Shown piece by piece: positions 13,984 through 28,320 of a stretch of DNA of 64,000 nucleotides; position 1 is the stretch's first letter; every line of letters begins with the position of its first letter. The notes under the pieces are model-generated. The model saw only the letters and a list, made by a program, of their open reading frames with translations. It had not been told where the DNA came from and did not search any database. A program made the position numbers and the translations under genes. Source of the stretch: Eledone cirrhosa (lineage: Eukaryota). The stretch is taken from contig OZ024740.1 of assembly GCA_964016885.1 (NCBI GenBank), forward strand, positions 194,680,001 through 194,744,000, given 5' to 3'.

Positions 13984-15599
13984 AGATAGATAGATAGATA
14001 GATAGATATGTAAGTTGGTAGGAAGGTAGGTAGTTAGATTGATAGGTAAGTAGGAAAGTAGGAAGGTAGATAGTTTGGTCGGTCTGTCGGTAGGTAGATA
14101 GATATGTAAGTTGGTATGTAGGTAGGTAAATAAGAAGGTAGGTAGGTCTGTTGGTAGGTAGATAGATAGATAGAAAGATAGATTGGAATTGCTCAGTCAT
14201 AAAACTTAGAAGACCATTATTCAATTTTATAGCCAGGAGACCAATATTAGATTGCCTTGTTGTAATTGACTTTATATAGGATATTCAAATAAGCAAGAAC
14301 AACAAAAACAGTTCCAAAAGACAAAAATAAAAATAAAAGTCTTCCTAGTGGATATCTGTCGTTTATGGTATTTGAAAAATCTAAATGCAGAAAAAATGTT
14401 AAGCAATATTCTAGACTGTAGGTCCTTAAATCAAAATCCTTAATAAGAATCAAGTGTTAGTTGTTAATTTACAGAATATTACAATGAACTGTTTCAAATG
14501 TATAGATAACAGAAAAGAACTAAATACTACCTTTAAACGGAAAAATGAATACTGGAGTATTTTGAGCAGATAAACGCTATCCGACATTTCAAGATTTTCA
14601 AATAAACATAAATCTGAGTTAATATACTGTGCTATTATTCTCCAAAGAGTCTTTGTACTGTATTTTAGTAGCATTCTAAACAGATAAAATGCTCATAAGT
14701 ATTCGCTAAAATCCCAAAATGAGTTATGTGGCGATATCTTCAAACTCATAAATAAAAATACCTTTTTCAAATCAAATTAAATTCAGACTAAGTTTCTCTA
14801 CGAATTATAAATGCTATCTATAGAATAGAACGTTATAGAATGGAACCTAAACTGAAACGATATATGAAGAAAGAATGGCGATTGGGGGAAAGTGTCTACT
14901 CAATAAAAGATGAAAATAATACAACGCGACCAACTCTCCAGCAATAAATATGACCTTCAATATATAATCTATCGCATCATCTATCAAATACTAATGTTTT
15001 AAAAAGCACAATATAATCTATAATATAACTAGTAAATGAAGACAGGAGAACCAAAAAGCAACGTTGGTACAAAAATACATATATTTTCTCTGTGCTACTA
15101 TGAAGTATAATACTAACAGAGTCCGCTTTAGCAATATTTTTCGCATGTACTCATATTTATTAGTCTCAATAGAATACTCCTTTATATAGGTCGATATGTA
15201 AGTTCTAATGATATCTATATCTAGTTTTCTATAGATACCTTTGTCTTCGTAAAGTTGAGAATTTTATTTCAACTACTTGTTACGAGATTGATGTTGTATA
15301 ACGTAGAATGCTGGTCCCAGCAAATCGATATATAAACAGTTGAAATATGGAGATCTATAGTAATCTTATATTGAGTCTCTACCGGAGTATTTATATTAGA
15401 GTGTCTATAGTAAGTATATCCCTACACTGCACTGCTTACGAGTAAAGGTTAAGTTTACGTTACCACCGTTCTTCCGCATACACATTTACATTAAAGTGTT
15501 AATATGTATTAAGGGTAGATAGGCAGGTTAATGATGAAAATATTTTTTTTAGATAAAGCAGGTAAAACATTAATACTCCTCCTTTCGAGGGAGGCAAAT

Positions 15600-15960
15600 C
15601 CCTAATTTGGGACGCCACATGTAGTAACTCATTCTCCGGCTGTAACCTTGTCGCATCAGTCACAAACCCAGCTTCCACTGCCCGCAATGTGGAGAGGAGT
15701 ATAGTTAAATACTGGGGCCTGAACGCCAGCTTCCTCTTTGCATTGGTCGCTGTCGAGAACTCTTGCGTTCCTGGTCCCCGTACTGTTGATTTCCTCCGTA
15801 AAATCGGAATGACGGCGGCCCACTTGAGGAGGAATCCCTGTAAGGTTGGGTAGCTGTTGCAGCGGTAATATCTTTCCCATTTTATTTGCGGGGCGTAGCC
15901 GAGGCACCGCTCAGACAGAGGTACAGTGCCTGTTCCAACCTTTATACTTTTCTTCTGTTG
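15600..15960 (+). mobile_element. Degenerate 3' end of a CRE-like RLE non-LTR retrotransposon
   Basis: Manual translation ..KY..FLFALVAVENS..PGPRTVDFLRKIG..LLQR..RG resembles a CRE-clade endonuclease C-terminus; followed by a T-rich tail. Confidence 0.5.
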
Positions 15961-16559
15961 CTTCATTCTTTGGTTTTATTTTTCTTCTTTTCATTTCCCA
16001 TTTTCTTCCCTTTAATAGTGTGTTTTATTTTTATTTGATACTGCTCAATTATTTGTATGTAATTATATCCTAATTACAAACTGTATGGATATGACAAAAA
16101 TATTGAAATATTAATAACCTGTACTTTAGCCATGTGTATAGGTTATATATAGGGAAAAAGAAAGATTAACAACGTTTAATTATTAGCTGTGGTTTTATTG
16201 ATTAAGAACATTAAATAAATCAAATGTACATAGGAGTTCAATGGTTCCGACAATACATGAATTAGATATGTAGAAATAAGAATCTAATTTGATATATCAG
16301 GAGAAGAATACTAGAATAAGATCTTATGGATTAATTCTTGGAATGTACCAAAATTTTAACCAACGTAGAGAATACAATATAGATTGGTTATTTGACATTT
16401 CAGAGGGACGCTAAATTATATTGCACATCAATCATAAATCTTTATGACGAAAAAATTATTCTAGAGAATGATAATTTTCCACGGTTGTTCTGTAAAAATA
16501 TTTCTCGATGAAATTCGTGGCATCTTACAATCAAACAAAAGGTCACACAGCTTGCACTG

Positions 16560-16830
16560 ATTCACCTAACTCTCTGTTGCTATCCAATTTTATTGTTCAT
16601 CGTATTCGGCAGGGCACAAGGATTGCAATTTATGTCGTAACAAATCAGCTTGATACAGGTCTTGGCTTGTAGTCCCCTGATAGCTCTTCCTTGTGTAGGC
16701 TCCCACAAAAGACCTTCACTAGCAATTTTGTCTTTAGCTCTCCAGCAATGACCTGTAAATCTGACTCTACGCTCTTCGATGATGTCAGATCCTGGACGAA
16801 GGTTCCCATATAGTCGCTGTACGAGTACAG
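16560..16830 (-). mobile_element. RTE-clade LINE 3' fragment
   Basis: RRVRFTGHCWRA..LLWEPTQGR..RG motif of the RTE C-terminus (ORF 16580-16870). Confidence 0.75.
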
Positions 16831-16976
16831 TATTCTGCTGTCTCTTTCTTACATTCTCTGTCTTCTTCATTAGGAAGATCGGATGTGTTCAAATCTGGAG
16901 AAGAATGGTGTCAGCTCAATGTCACAACGATTCTGCTACGACTACTCCATCAGATATTAAGGGCCCATGGATAAAT

Positions 16977-17043
<67 letters not shown>

Positions 17044-17050
<7 letters not shown>

Positions 17051-20000
17051 ATGCTTTGGGAGGGTCATGTTGCCAATAAGAAACACACGCACCACATACT
17101 TTCATTCCAATTTATTATAAATTAAATTTATAAATTTAAGAATTTATAAATTTCCGGTTGGTTGGTTGGTTCCACAACCGGGCGGTTGTTCATATATTGT
17201 CAAAGTTCTTTCTTTCGTCACACATTCGGTGACCTCTTCAGTGACTGGGGATTCTTTTCTTTGTTTTTGTGCCTCTCCTTTGTTCTGTCCTACGCCATCT
17301 TGTTTTTGTGTGTGTTGTGTGCTTAGTTTACGCATGTGTTACATCCGGGTTCCTGTGTGTGTTTATATTTGTTTATGTATTTGTTTATTTATATGTTACT
17401 GGTTGGTTGTTTGTTCTATGTGTGTGTGTGTTTTCATTTTGACCTTAATTGTAAGTTGTGATGTTAAATATTCCATTCCTGTTTTCTATTTAATGTTGGT
17501 TGGAGGTCATTTATGTTTATTGCCTCTGTGATTTGTCTAAACATTGCGTCTTTTCTGTGTGTAGATTCTATTTTTATTTCTATGTTCTCTAATTTACCCT
17601 TATGTTCGATTTTAGCATGTTGGTGGAGTACAGATGATTCTTTTCTATCTTGAAGCTCTCGCCAGTGTTCATTTATCCGTTCTCCTATACTACGAGCTGT
17701 CTCACCTATGTACACTATATTTTTATCTCTACATTGTCCTTCAGTACATCTTATGCTATATACTACATTTCTAGTTTTACAGTTAATATGGGGGCTTAGT
17801 TTACAGATTATACATTACTTGTCTATACAGGGCGGTCTTTGAAAAGGGTATGTATTGCTAATAAGTGTTTTTATGGAGGTACCTGGTCTTTCTACTATCT
17901 TAATATTGAGTTTATGTTTATCTAGGGCCCTTAGTTTATTCTATTAACCTTATACCTAGTTCTTTATTATTCTATAATTATATAGTTTATTCTATAACTA
18001 TTCCTAGTTCTTTATTATTCTATTAACCTTATTCCAAGTTCTTTCTATTCTATTCCAAAATTTGCTCCTATACAAGGGGCACCTCCCATTTGTATCATTA
18101 TTTACCATTTTTTCCCATTTGGTTCTGGCTCCTCTATATACTCTGATTTTATCTCTCTGATTGTAACCAGAGAACTGCATACGGTGGATGAAGTGTTGTA
18201 TGTGTCTCTCTAGTTCTTTGGGGTTGCACATGCGGAACACGTTTCTCATCACCCGTACCAAATCCGCAATCAGTATGTTGATTTTGGTGTGGTCCGAAAC
18301 GGCTGAGTTTCGGTGGATCAGATATTTGGAAGTCATGGGTTTGGCATAATGGGAATGGAGGATTTGATTTTTGTTATTAATGGTTTCGAACCAGAGCTCT
18401 GTGTCTAGTACAGGTAATCGTTGGTTGGGGTGTTTGCTTGGGTAGTTTATAGTAACTCTAATACTCTGGTGGATGGAGTTAGCTATTTGCTGGATGCTTT
18501 CCATGGTGTTTTTCTTTAATTCCTGACTGTTCTCTAGTAGGGGTATTTTTACTACGATGTTTATATCATCAACGTAGCGGGAGTACATTATCAGGGTTAA
18601 GAGGTTGCTGTCTTCTAATTGTTCTTTAAGTTTAAGTTTAAGTCAATTGTCCCACCATACCATGAATAGGTTAGCTATGTCACCTGCAATGCTAACACCA
18701 ATGGCTGCTCCCTCCTCTTGGGCATATGTTTTTCCATTAAATTTGAACATATGTTCCTTAAGGGTTAATTTTATACTGGCCCCCACCGCATGTGAAATCA
18801 TTTTCTTTAGTTCATTGTGGTTTTCGGGAGCTCGTATGGCTCTAGTCCACCCGTTTCACCTATCTGTGTGGGTTTTCTTGGCCATTGAGGTAATGGTAGG
18901 TGTTCTGCCTCTTGCTGGTCTTGTAGGGCACAGGTTGCTATGTTCATATGTATCTAGATAATCATTACTATAGGTAAGTTTAAGTAGGAGTCCCAGCTCA
19001 CTGGTATCAATCCCACGGAATTCAACATTGCTCTCACTGATCATTTCTACGCATTTCTCCACAGCAAAATCCACGTCAATGGATGTATATAGGGACACAA
19101 CATCCCTACTACCTATTATACAGTTTGTTAGGTCCCTAGATCGGTTACTTTCGTGATTCTGCTGAGGGGTCCTCCGTGCTGTCACATATATCTGGGGACA
19201 TTTCAGTGATGAGGCGTATGATCAGGGAGAGGAAGTAGGACAGTCTGTAGTTACTAGCAATGTTAGCTCCACAGACTGGTCGTGTTGGTGGTCCTGTGAC
19301 AGGGTCACTTCTCGTTTTATCGTCTTTTCGAAGCCCATACAACGCTGGCACGTCATTGTTCCAGGCCTGGAAGTTGTTGGCAGTCCTTTTATTGGGCTGC
19401 ATTATGTTTGTCCACATCATCATATGGACATTGAGGGTTTTCTCCCTATCCTCATGCTCTTGTGGTGTTACTTCTCTTCTGTTAGTGATGTGGGGTTGCA
19501 TTGCCTGGATGTAGTTTGACATACTGTCAACCGACATTCTGCCAGACTTGTCTGTTGGAAAGCATGCTATCTCTCCATTACGCGAGCGCTGCATGAGCTT
19601 ACGCAAGCCATTTGCAGATTTTTCTCCCAGTTGCTGGGCCTCCATTCTATTTTGCTTCTTGCTATACTGTTCTATAATATTTCTAAGTTTAGATCTAGCT
19701 ATACTAAATTGTGCTTCTGTTTGTTCATCGACCTGCGACGGCAATTGCGTGCGTTTGTTAAATGGTAGAGTCGTGGCGTAGACTCGTCGTAGGTCGAAGG
19801 ACATATCGGAAGGATTATAAAAAGTAGAGTTCCAGGCTGCTGCTTTATGTGTACTATTGCTATTGCTATTGTTAGTTGTGTTGTTTCTATTTCTATTTCC
19901 ACCAACAGCCTCGTAGTTGTTTCTATGTCTCTCATTATTACTCCTGTCTCTTTCCTCTGGCTCATTGTTATTATCTACTCTATTTTGTGTGTCTGTGTGT

Positions 20001-21140
20001 TCGTCCCGGTTATTTTCTCTGTCAGTATCGATAGTCTCCCTACTCCTTTCAATCCCATTACCTTCCTTTACTTCTGTGTTACTGTCATTACCTGTTTTCT
20101 GTGTCTGTGTGTTTGTTAAGATTGTGGTGGTGGTGAGAGGCATAGAATGTGTGTGTATGTGTGTTGTTTTTGTTGATGTGTGCTGTTGTTGATGTGTGTT
20201 GTTGTTGTTGTCTCCGTGTATGCTATTATGGTTGTGTGTGTTGTTATTGTTGTTTCTGGGTATGTTATTATTGTTGATGTGTGTGTTGTTGTTATCGTTG
20301 TTTGTGTCTGTGTGTCTGATGTTATTGGGATGTGTGTTGTATGTGTGTGTGTGTGCGTATGTTGTTACTTTTGTTTTTGTTTTTGAGGCTCCAACGTAAT
20401 TTTGTAAATGAGTTTTCTATTTCTGACAAGCATTTTATCATATTTACCTTATTATATGTGGCATATTTAGGTGGTAGCTGTAATATCGATAATTCCTCAG
20501 AGTCGACTGTAGTGTTGCCGTATATATTTGTATTGTTGTTGTTGAATTCATCTGTTAATGAGATGTCGGCCATGTTTATACCGTCAATCTTGTCAGGATA
20601 TCTATCGCTATTCTCTAAAGTTTCTTGGTCTAGTTTCATCTGTTTGAGCCACCTTAATTTCTTGATAAAGTGCTTATCACATTCTTGAACAATGTACTTT
20701 TCTTCAAGACATATAAGGTTTATAAATATAAAATTTTCTCTTGGTGTGGTGATCATAGTTATTTCTTGTATTAGGTTACGCTTATGTTTTTCTTGATGAC
20801 TTAATTCTCTGTAAATCTTCTTTTTTATGTTTAGAATTAGCGTTCGTTTTAGCCTATCTGCTTGCTTTTTGGTAAGTTGTAATCTTCTTACATCGGTGTT
20901 GATGGTATTGGTGTAAGCTCGGGACGAGGCACATTCTTTTATGAAGTGTAGTTGTCGAGACAACAGAACATGGTGGTTTTCAGTATCTTGTTAGCCTGGC
21001 TAAGGCTTACGATATTTCGTTTCTGAATTTGTTTAGCAAGATTCTTTATCTGAAAACGTGTGTTGAAACCGATATTGTTATGCTTTGGGGGGGGGGGGTC
21101 ATGTTGCCAATAAGAAACACACACACCAGTTGCTTTCACT
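17044..21140 (-). mobile_element. Full-unit (~4.0 kb) Penelope-like element, degenerate, with terminal redundancy (pseudo-LTR)
   Basis: N-terminal domain (20322-20963, LQLPPKYA..KLRW), low-complexity linker, RT (GPPTRPVCGA, DVVSLY, SRYVDD), GIY-YIG (YIGETARS..ITEAINI). 17044-17105 is repeated at ~21073-21140. Confidence 0.92.
17199..17245 (-). ncRNA. Minimal type I hammerhead in Penelope pLTR
   Basis: Minus strand gtca-CTGAAGA-g-gtcac(cgaatgt)gtgac-GAAA-g(aaagaa)CTT-tgac. Confidence 0.7.
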
Positions 21141-22820
21141 CATAATCCTTCCGATATGTCCTTCGACCTACGACGAGTCCACGCCACGACTTAAGCTTTT
21201 AACAAACGCACGCAATTGCCGTCGCAGGTCGATGAACAAACAGAAGCACAATTTAGTATAGCTAGATCTAAACTTAGAAATATTATAGAACAGTATAGCA
21301 AGAAGCAAAATAGAATGGAGGCCCAGCAACTGGGAGAAAAATCTGCAAATGGCTTGCGTAAGCTCATGCAGCGCTCGCGTAATGGAGAGATAGCATGCTT
21401 TCCAACAGACAAGTCTGGCAGAATGTCGGTTGACAGTATGTCAAACTACATCCAGGCAATGCAACCCCACATCACTAACACAAGAGAAGTAACACCACAA
21501 GAGCATGAGGATAGGGAAAAAGCCCTCAATGTCCATATGATGATGTGGACAAACATAATGCAGCCCAATAAAAGGACTGCCAACAACTTCCAGGCCTGGA
21601 ACAATGACGTGCCAGCGTTGTATGTGCTTCGAAAAGACCATAAAACGAGCAGTGACACTGTCACAGGACCACCGACACGACCAGTCTGTGGAGCTAACAT
21701 TGCTAGTAACTACAGACTGTCCTGCTTCCTCTCCCTGATCATACGCCCCATCATTGAAATGTCCTCAGATATATGTGACAGCACTGAGGACGTCCTCAGT
21801 AGAATCAGCGAAAGTAACCGATCTAGGGACCTAACAAACTGTATAATAGGTAGTATGGATGATGTATCGCTATATACATCCATTGACGTGGATTTTGCTA
21901 TGGAGAAAAGCGTAGGAATGATCAGTGAGAGCAATGTTGTATTCCGTGGGATTGATACCAGTGAGCTGGGACTCCTACTTAAACTTACCTATAGTAATGA
22001 TTATCTAGATACATATGACCTTAGCAACCTGTGCCCTACAAGACCAGCCAGAGGCAGAACACCTACCATTACCTCAATGGCCAAGAAAACCCACAGAGAT
22101 AGATGGAACGGGTGAACCAGAGCCATACGGACCCCCGAAAACCATGATGAACTAAAGAAAATGATTGCACATGCGGTGGGGGCCAGTATAAAATTAACCC
22201 TTAAGGAACATATATTCAAATTTAATAGGAAAAACATATGCCTAAGAGGAGAGAGCAGCCATTGGTGTTAGCATTGCAGGTGACATAGCTAACCTATTCA
22301 TGATATGGTGAGACAATAGACATAAACTTAAACTTAAAGAACAATTAGTACAATTAGTACAATGTAGTATATAGCATAAGATGTACTGAAGGACAATGTA
22401 GAGATAAAAATATAGTGTACATAGGTGAGACAGCTCGTAGTATAGGAGAACGGATAAATGAACACTGGCGAGAGCTTCAAGATAGAAAAGAATCATCTGT
22501 CCTCCACCAACATGCTAAAATAGAACATAAGGGTAAATTAGAGAACATAGAAATAAAAATAGAATCTACACACAGAAAAGACGCAATGTTTAGACAAATC
22601 ACAGAGACAATAAACATAAATGAACTCCAACCAAAATTAAATAGAAAACATGAATGTAATAGCAACATCACAACTTACAATTAAGGACAAAATGAAAACA
22701 CACACACACATAGAACGAACAACCGACCAGTAACATGTAAATAAACAAATAAATAAACAAATATAAACACACACAGACACCCGGATGTAACACATGCGCA
22801 AACTAAGCACACAACACAAA
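21141..22820 (+). mobile_element. Penelope-like element, inverted partner of 17044-21140, 5'-truncated with internal deletion
   Basis: ORF 21216-22115 is near-identical to the minus-strand copy. At ~22350 the sequence jumps from RT to GIY-YIG (22415-22684). The 3' UTR stops at ~22820. Confidence 0.9.
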
Positions 22821-23090
22821 CACCACCTTCAAAAATGCCGCAACCGAGACCTTAATTTCACCATAGAAGCGTCGGAAAGGAATGTTGGGAACCTATAGAC
22901 TAAAGAAGCGTTAATTGTTAGCACAAAGAAGCTACAAATAAACAATAGTACGGAGCTACATGGAACATGCGCAATCCACACTCTTAGAAGTTAAAGAAGA
23001 ACGAATTGTCTTCGATTTGATTTGAAAAGAAGGCTCAAATCTTGAAATATCATGATGAAATATACTGGGTAAAAAGGATTTCTTTTGTTT
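22821..23090 (+). mobile_element. GIY-YIG C-terminal fragment of a different Penelope-like family
   Basis: Manual translation LNFTIEASERN..TKEALIVSTKKLQINN fits the EAxxI..PxIN end of PLE endonucleases. Confidence 0.45.
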
Positions 23091-23246
23091 TATTTGTCAT
23101 CCTTTATCCCAACATGACGTTTATATATATATATTTCTTCCGCATTCCGAAGTTCTCATCAATTTTTTCATATATATATATATATATTTATATAGATACA
23201 CACATACATGAGTATACATACGATCATATATATTGTGCATGAGTGA

Positions 23247-23308
<62 letters not shown>

Positions 23309-23426
23309 TCACTCATGCACAATATATATGATCGTGTGTATACTCATGTATGTGTGTATCTATATAAATATATATATACACTCACTCATGTATATATATA
23401 TATTATATGTGTGTGTATATATACTC

Positions 23427-23512
<86 letters not shown>

Positions 23513-25553
23513 AAGATAGGTGCAATTATATTATATGTACAAAATTGATTTATTCAGTCTGATAACAACACAATTCCAAGACAAATTACTCCAGCTTGAG
23601 CAACTAAACTATATAGTATTTCGTATATGATTACTTGGCAAATAAACATCGTGTGCAATGAATAAATATTAGTCATTTGAATAAGAAATATAAGATTCTT
23701 AACTGAAAATGTCTCAAACTAATATTTATCAAAAATAATCACAATACCGTCAAAATCAATAAACCCGTGCCAACAATGTCATTTTAAGATTAATTTAAGC
23801 TTGACAAATCCACAGGAAAATATTTCCAACTATTTAACCTGTGAGTTTATACTCACTGTTAAAATAGTTTGCTAAATAATATTGAGTATTGTTATTCTGT
23901 TCAGAAAGTCAAAACGTTGAATGACTTAGTAAGATCTGTATCTGCCATTTAAAATACCCAATTATGCAAGTTTAAAAGGTTGCCAAATTGCGAGATAACG
24001 TCGGGTGGAGGGCATTTTATATCCTGTTAATAACGCCATGATGTATCAATGGCTTCGATGATTCGAATCTCCCATAGCTCAGTTCACTTAGTTGGCTCTA
24101 TTTATCACAATGTAATGCAACTTTCTGTCATACGTGAAGGGATAAATGTTATAGTGGCTAGAGTTACTGTTGTTGTTGCAGCTTAACCCTAGATCAGCCA
24201 TGATAGAGTTGACGTATGATCACAATATTTCAACCATTGCCATTCCGCTTTATTTTCAGATATAATGCATATGAAACTAGATCTAGTGTGTACTTCATTT
24301 TTAAGACGGCAATGAGATTTGAAGCGGATAATTCCGCTACTATTTTTAGTATGTTAAGTGACTAGTAGCGGCTCTCATATTGGCTTGTGGAATCGCCGGA
24401 AAATTGATGTTTTATTTGCTCACAAACGCAGAGTTAAAATTCTCTTGAAAATATAGCTTAGGGAAGAATTGATTCTGCTTGGTTTCCTTGCCCAACAAAC
24501 AGCACATCATAATTCAACTTAACTACTAATATATTAGTTTATATTGATTAAACTCATCGAAGCTCGAGTGCCACAGAGCTCCGAGCAAGCCAAATATGTG
24601 ACAGAAATTCAGTTTCCCATTAATCTGATTCTCTTCTCTTAATTTCATATATCTGCAGTTTTTAACCATCGTTAATTAACCTTTGTTTAACCTCAAGTGA
24701 GTCCATCCAAGCAGGCCTATGATCAAAGACATTCCAGTCATATGTATCATAATATATCAAAGGCTACTGTGTATGCTTCTCTTGTTAAGTTGATATGGTA
24801 TATGAGAAAAATGTAGCTGTTGTTTTTAGTATGTCGAACGGCGGCTCATAGAAGCTTCCTCGTTGATTAGTCGTTCATAAGACGGTTAGCTGACAAATAT
24901 CCTTGGTCGGTTTTCTTGATTTACATATTTCACTTGCATTTAAAACAATAACCATATAATATATATTTTAAACTACAGTACCAAGTATTTATACGATGTG
25001 GAACATAACATTACCAATAATAATCATATTGCTATCCATGATAAAGAACATGCAAAAAAAAAAGATAAAAACCATACCAGAGCACACAACTCTACACACA
25101 ATCGAAACCTAGCTCTGATAGGTACAGGCCATATTCTAGGCAGAACAATTTCAATTCAATAGCAGAGAATGACAGTCAAATATCTGCACAACATGCACAA
25201 TGCATGTACTACATTATCAACACCCAATAAAATGAAATTCACACAACACATGAAACACAATCATCATCCAACAAATTAACACAACTCACATGGAATATAT
25301 CCAATACAACAAATAGATGACATACTTAAATAACTCTAGAAACAAGAAAACAACCCTCATAATAAAATCTCCGAACACATTGATGTTTCTTTAGTAAAAT
25401 CGAAAATAGGAACGAAACAGATTACCTTGTATAACATACGTACATTTCAAAGAGTATCACCTACACCTATGTGAAACTAAATCTACCACATACTATACTA
25501 TTAATTTAGAAGCTAGATACTAACCTAAACATATTAATTAAAATAAAATCTTT

Positions 25554-25663
25554 GATTTCAAATCCCGCCGAGGTTGACTTTGCCTTTCATCCTTACGGGG
25601 TCGATAAAATAAAGTACCAGTAATGCACTGGTAATTGCTGGCCTTGTGCCTAAAGTAGAAACA
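25554..25663 (+). mobile_element. 5'-truncated tRNA-derived SINE
   Basis: Same core as the 12039 copy; 21-bp TSD attaattaaaataaaatcttt at 25533-25553 and 25664-25684. Confidence 0.92.
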
Positions 25664-27092
25664 ATTAATTAAAATAAAATCTTTAGTGTTACGGGAAACA
25701 TTTAGAAATCATTAAAATAAATTCCCTAAATCTGGTCAAAAGTGAAATAAGTATACATAATTTTAGATTCTATATATTTTAAACATTAAATGGAATAATA
25801 TTGTACATTTCATCAAGCGGTTTGATTATACAAATAATATCTTTTGTAAATGTATGTAGCGCACAGAGTTGTATCTGTTTATAAATAAATCATTTTTCTT
25901 TAAATTTTAAAATTTGTTTCAATTAATGATTTCGCCATGAATATCATTATTATCCACCCTAGAAAATATGTATTCCCTTATAATAGAATTCGGGGCGATA
26001 AATGTAGAGATCAGATATCATTTGATGTAGCTATGATGTCATACAGTGTGGTTTGGATTTGATGTTACTATGGTGATGCTCTAAGTATATTGTGAAGTAT
26101 TCATACAGTGGGTGCTCTTTGAAATGAGTTAATCAATATATTCTAAGAGTTAGGATTAAAGATTACAGTTAATATAAATCGAAATATTGTCAATGTATTG
26201 GTTATAACTATATATTAATTATTCTTAAGTAATGCTGTTATGTAGTCCCTAACGAAAAAGTGCATTAAATGAATATGAATTTCAGTTATCCACTAAATAA
26301 TCTTTAAAGCCTTAATTACATCATTACACTCGTATACAATTAATTGGTGCGGCTCAAAATTACAATGAAGCATTACAAACAGTATTTTTGAAGACGCAAT
26401 ACATTACGAATATTCATAAACACAAAAATAAGAAACGAAATATTACGTGGTACAGTTCTCCATATAGTTGAAACGTTTGTTCTAATATTGTCAAGGTTTT
26501 GCTAAAACTTATAAATAACATTTACCTATAGGCTATAGATATCTTAAGAGATAAGTCTGCAACATAAGCTTCTTTGTTTCCAATACTAGTATACACAGAA
26601 CCAATAAATCATGGGAAGTTCTTTATACAATTGCAACAAGCCTAATAATTGTCCTCATAACAGCCTGTGTTCTTCTAAAGCATTAGTTTATTGATCAAAG
26701 GTTTCTATTGCAAACAACAGCTAAACAAAAAGCTATATATAATTTACTGAAAAACTTTTTTAAAAGATTTCCACGCAAACATCCTGGCACATAGAACTAT
26801 ACCACACTACTTTGTTATCCAAACAAATCTGGAATCGAGAGTACAATAATATCAATAATTATACGATCACCTCGTCTATTTTAGAATATGCGTCTTCCTA
26901 CATCATTTGTTCCATGTATCGTTTGGAGAAGTATAACAATAATACAGCTTTTTGCAATTCTGGAGAAGAATCTGAACTGTTGAACTTTGCAGTCACGCCA
27001 TTACAATTTAACGAAAACTTATTAACTACTAGCTAACTGAGAAATGGTGTTAATTTAATATATTTTGAAACAGTCCCGTATTTCAGAACGTT

Positions 27093-28320
27093 TCATTCAG
27101 GCTAAAAAAGTTCATAAGCTGACTATGAAATAGTGATGCCAGAACTGTGAAATCTTGCATGCATTAATATCAACTGCTCTTGTTAATAACTGCATTGTTT
27201 CCTCCCAGGTAAACGACATCTGACTGTTCAAAAAAGACTTCAAATGTAACTAATAACGACTTCTCTTGAAAATGGACAAGATTTGGCATCGTGGTGTTAT
27301 CAAGTACATGCAGAAAAATGGTTTTAGACCCCAAGGACATTCATGCTGAAAGGATTGCTACATTAGGGGATGAAACTCCAGCTTTATTAACAGTGTAAAG
27401 ATGGGCAGCTGAATTTAGGAGGAAAAAGGAAAGTCTTGAAGATCACCCAATATCAGGATGTCCTACAACTGCCACTACCGGAGAAAACATTGATCGTGTT
27501 CACCACATGGTGTTGGATGATAGACGATTGACTATACATTAAATAGCCAATGCTATTAGCACACTCCATGTGAGAGTCGAGAATATTCTGCACAATTATG
27601 ATCAGTGGGAGCCATGTCTTCTGACGCCTGATCAAAAGCGAATCAGGTTGATCACACCACAGGAAAATCTAACATTTTTTAGGCAGATCCAGCTGGTTTT
27701 CTTGAACGTTTCCTGAATCAGGATGAGTATTAGTTTCATTACTTTGACCCAGAGACAGAGACATTCCATGCAGTGGAAACACCCCTTCTCACCTGCTCCA
27801 ACGAAAGCCGAGGTCGTTTCCTCTGCAGGGAAGGTGGTAGGCGTCAGTTTTTTGGGGGATGCAAAAGGCATTGTATTTATTGACTATCTTCAAAAGGGCC
27901 AACCACCAATGCGAACTTACGAAAGGCTAACAAAACCAAACGCCCAGGAAAACTGACGAAAGGGATCATGTTTCATCAGGGCGATGCTCCAGCACCCAGG
28001 TCCTTGGTTTCAATGGCTTTGAACTGGTTGACCACCCTCCCTATTCTCTTGATTTGGCCTCATCTGACTATCATCTGGCCCCCAACATGAAAAAAAAACA
28101 CTTAGCTGGGAAGCAGTATCCCAGTGATGATGACGTTATATCTGCTGTCAATGACTTTGACTAACAGGATAAAAGCTTCTTCACCAAACAGATCCAAGCA
28201 CTGCAACGCCAATGGAAGAAATGTGTGGACCACAAGAAGGATTATGTTTTAAAATAAGCCTAATTTCGTCACATTTCATGAGAGTGTCTTGGGCAGCCTA
28301 TGAACTGTTCAGCTAATGTA
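27093..28320 (+). mobile_element. Mariner DNA transposon with pseudogenised transposase
   Basis: Imperfect TIRs gctaaaaaagttcataagctg / cagcctatgaactgttcagc. ATG at ~27272. Degenerate motifs QDE, SMQWKH, KGIVFIDYL, FHQGDAP, HPPYSLDLASSDY; ~1.23 kb. Confidence 0.9.

Noticed and set aside
22113-22115. In-frame TGA codons as selenocysteine (also 1361-1363)
   Set aside because: They align with TGG Trp in sister copies; Cys positions in the GIY-YIG region use TGT/TGC.
23243-23548. Many ORFs of [16 protein letters not shown] type (also 269-460, 30448-31390, 42870-43906, 51887-52247, 55103-55413, 58526-58783)
   Set aside because: Translations of stop-free (TA)n, (TG)n and (TACA)n microsatellites; no coding evidence.
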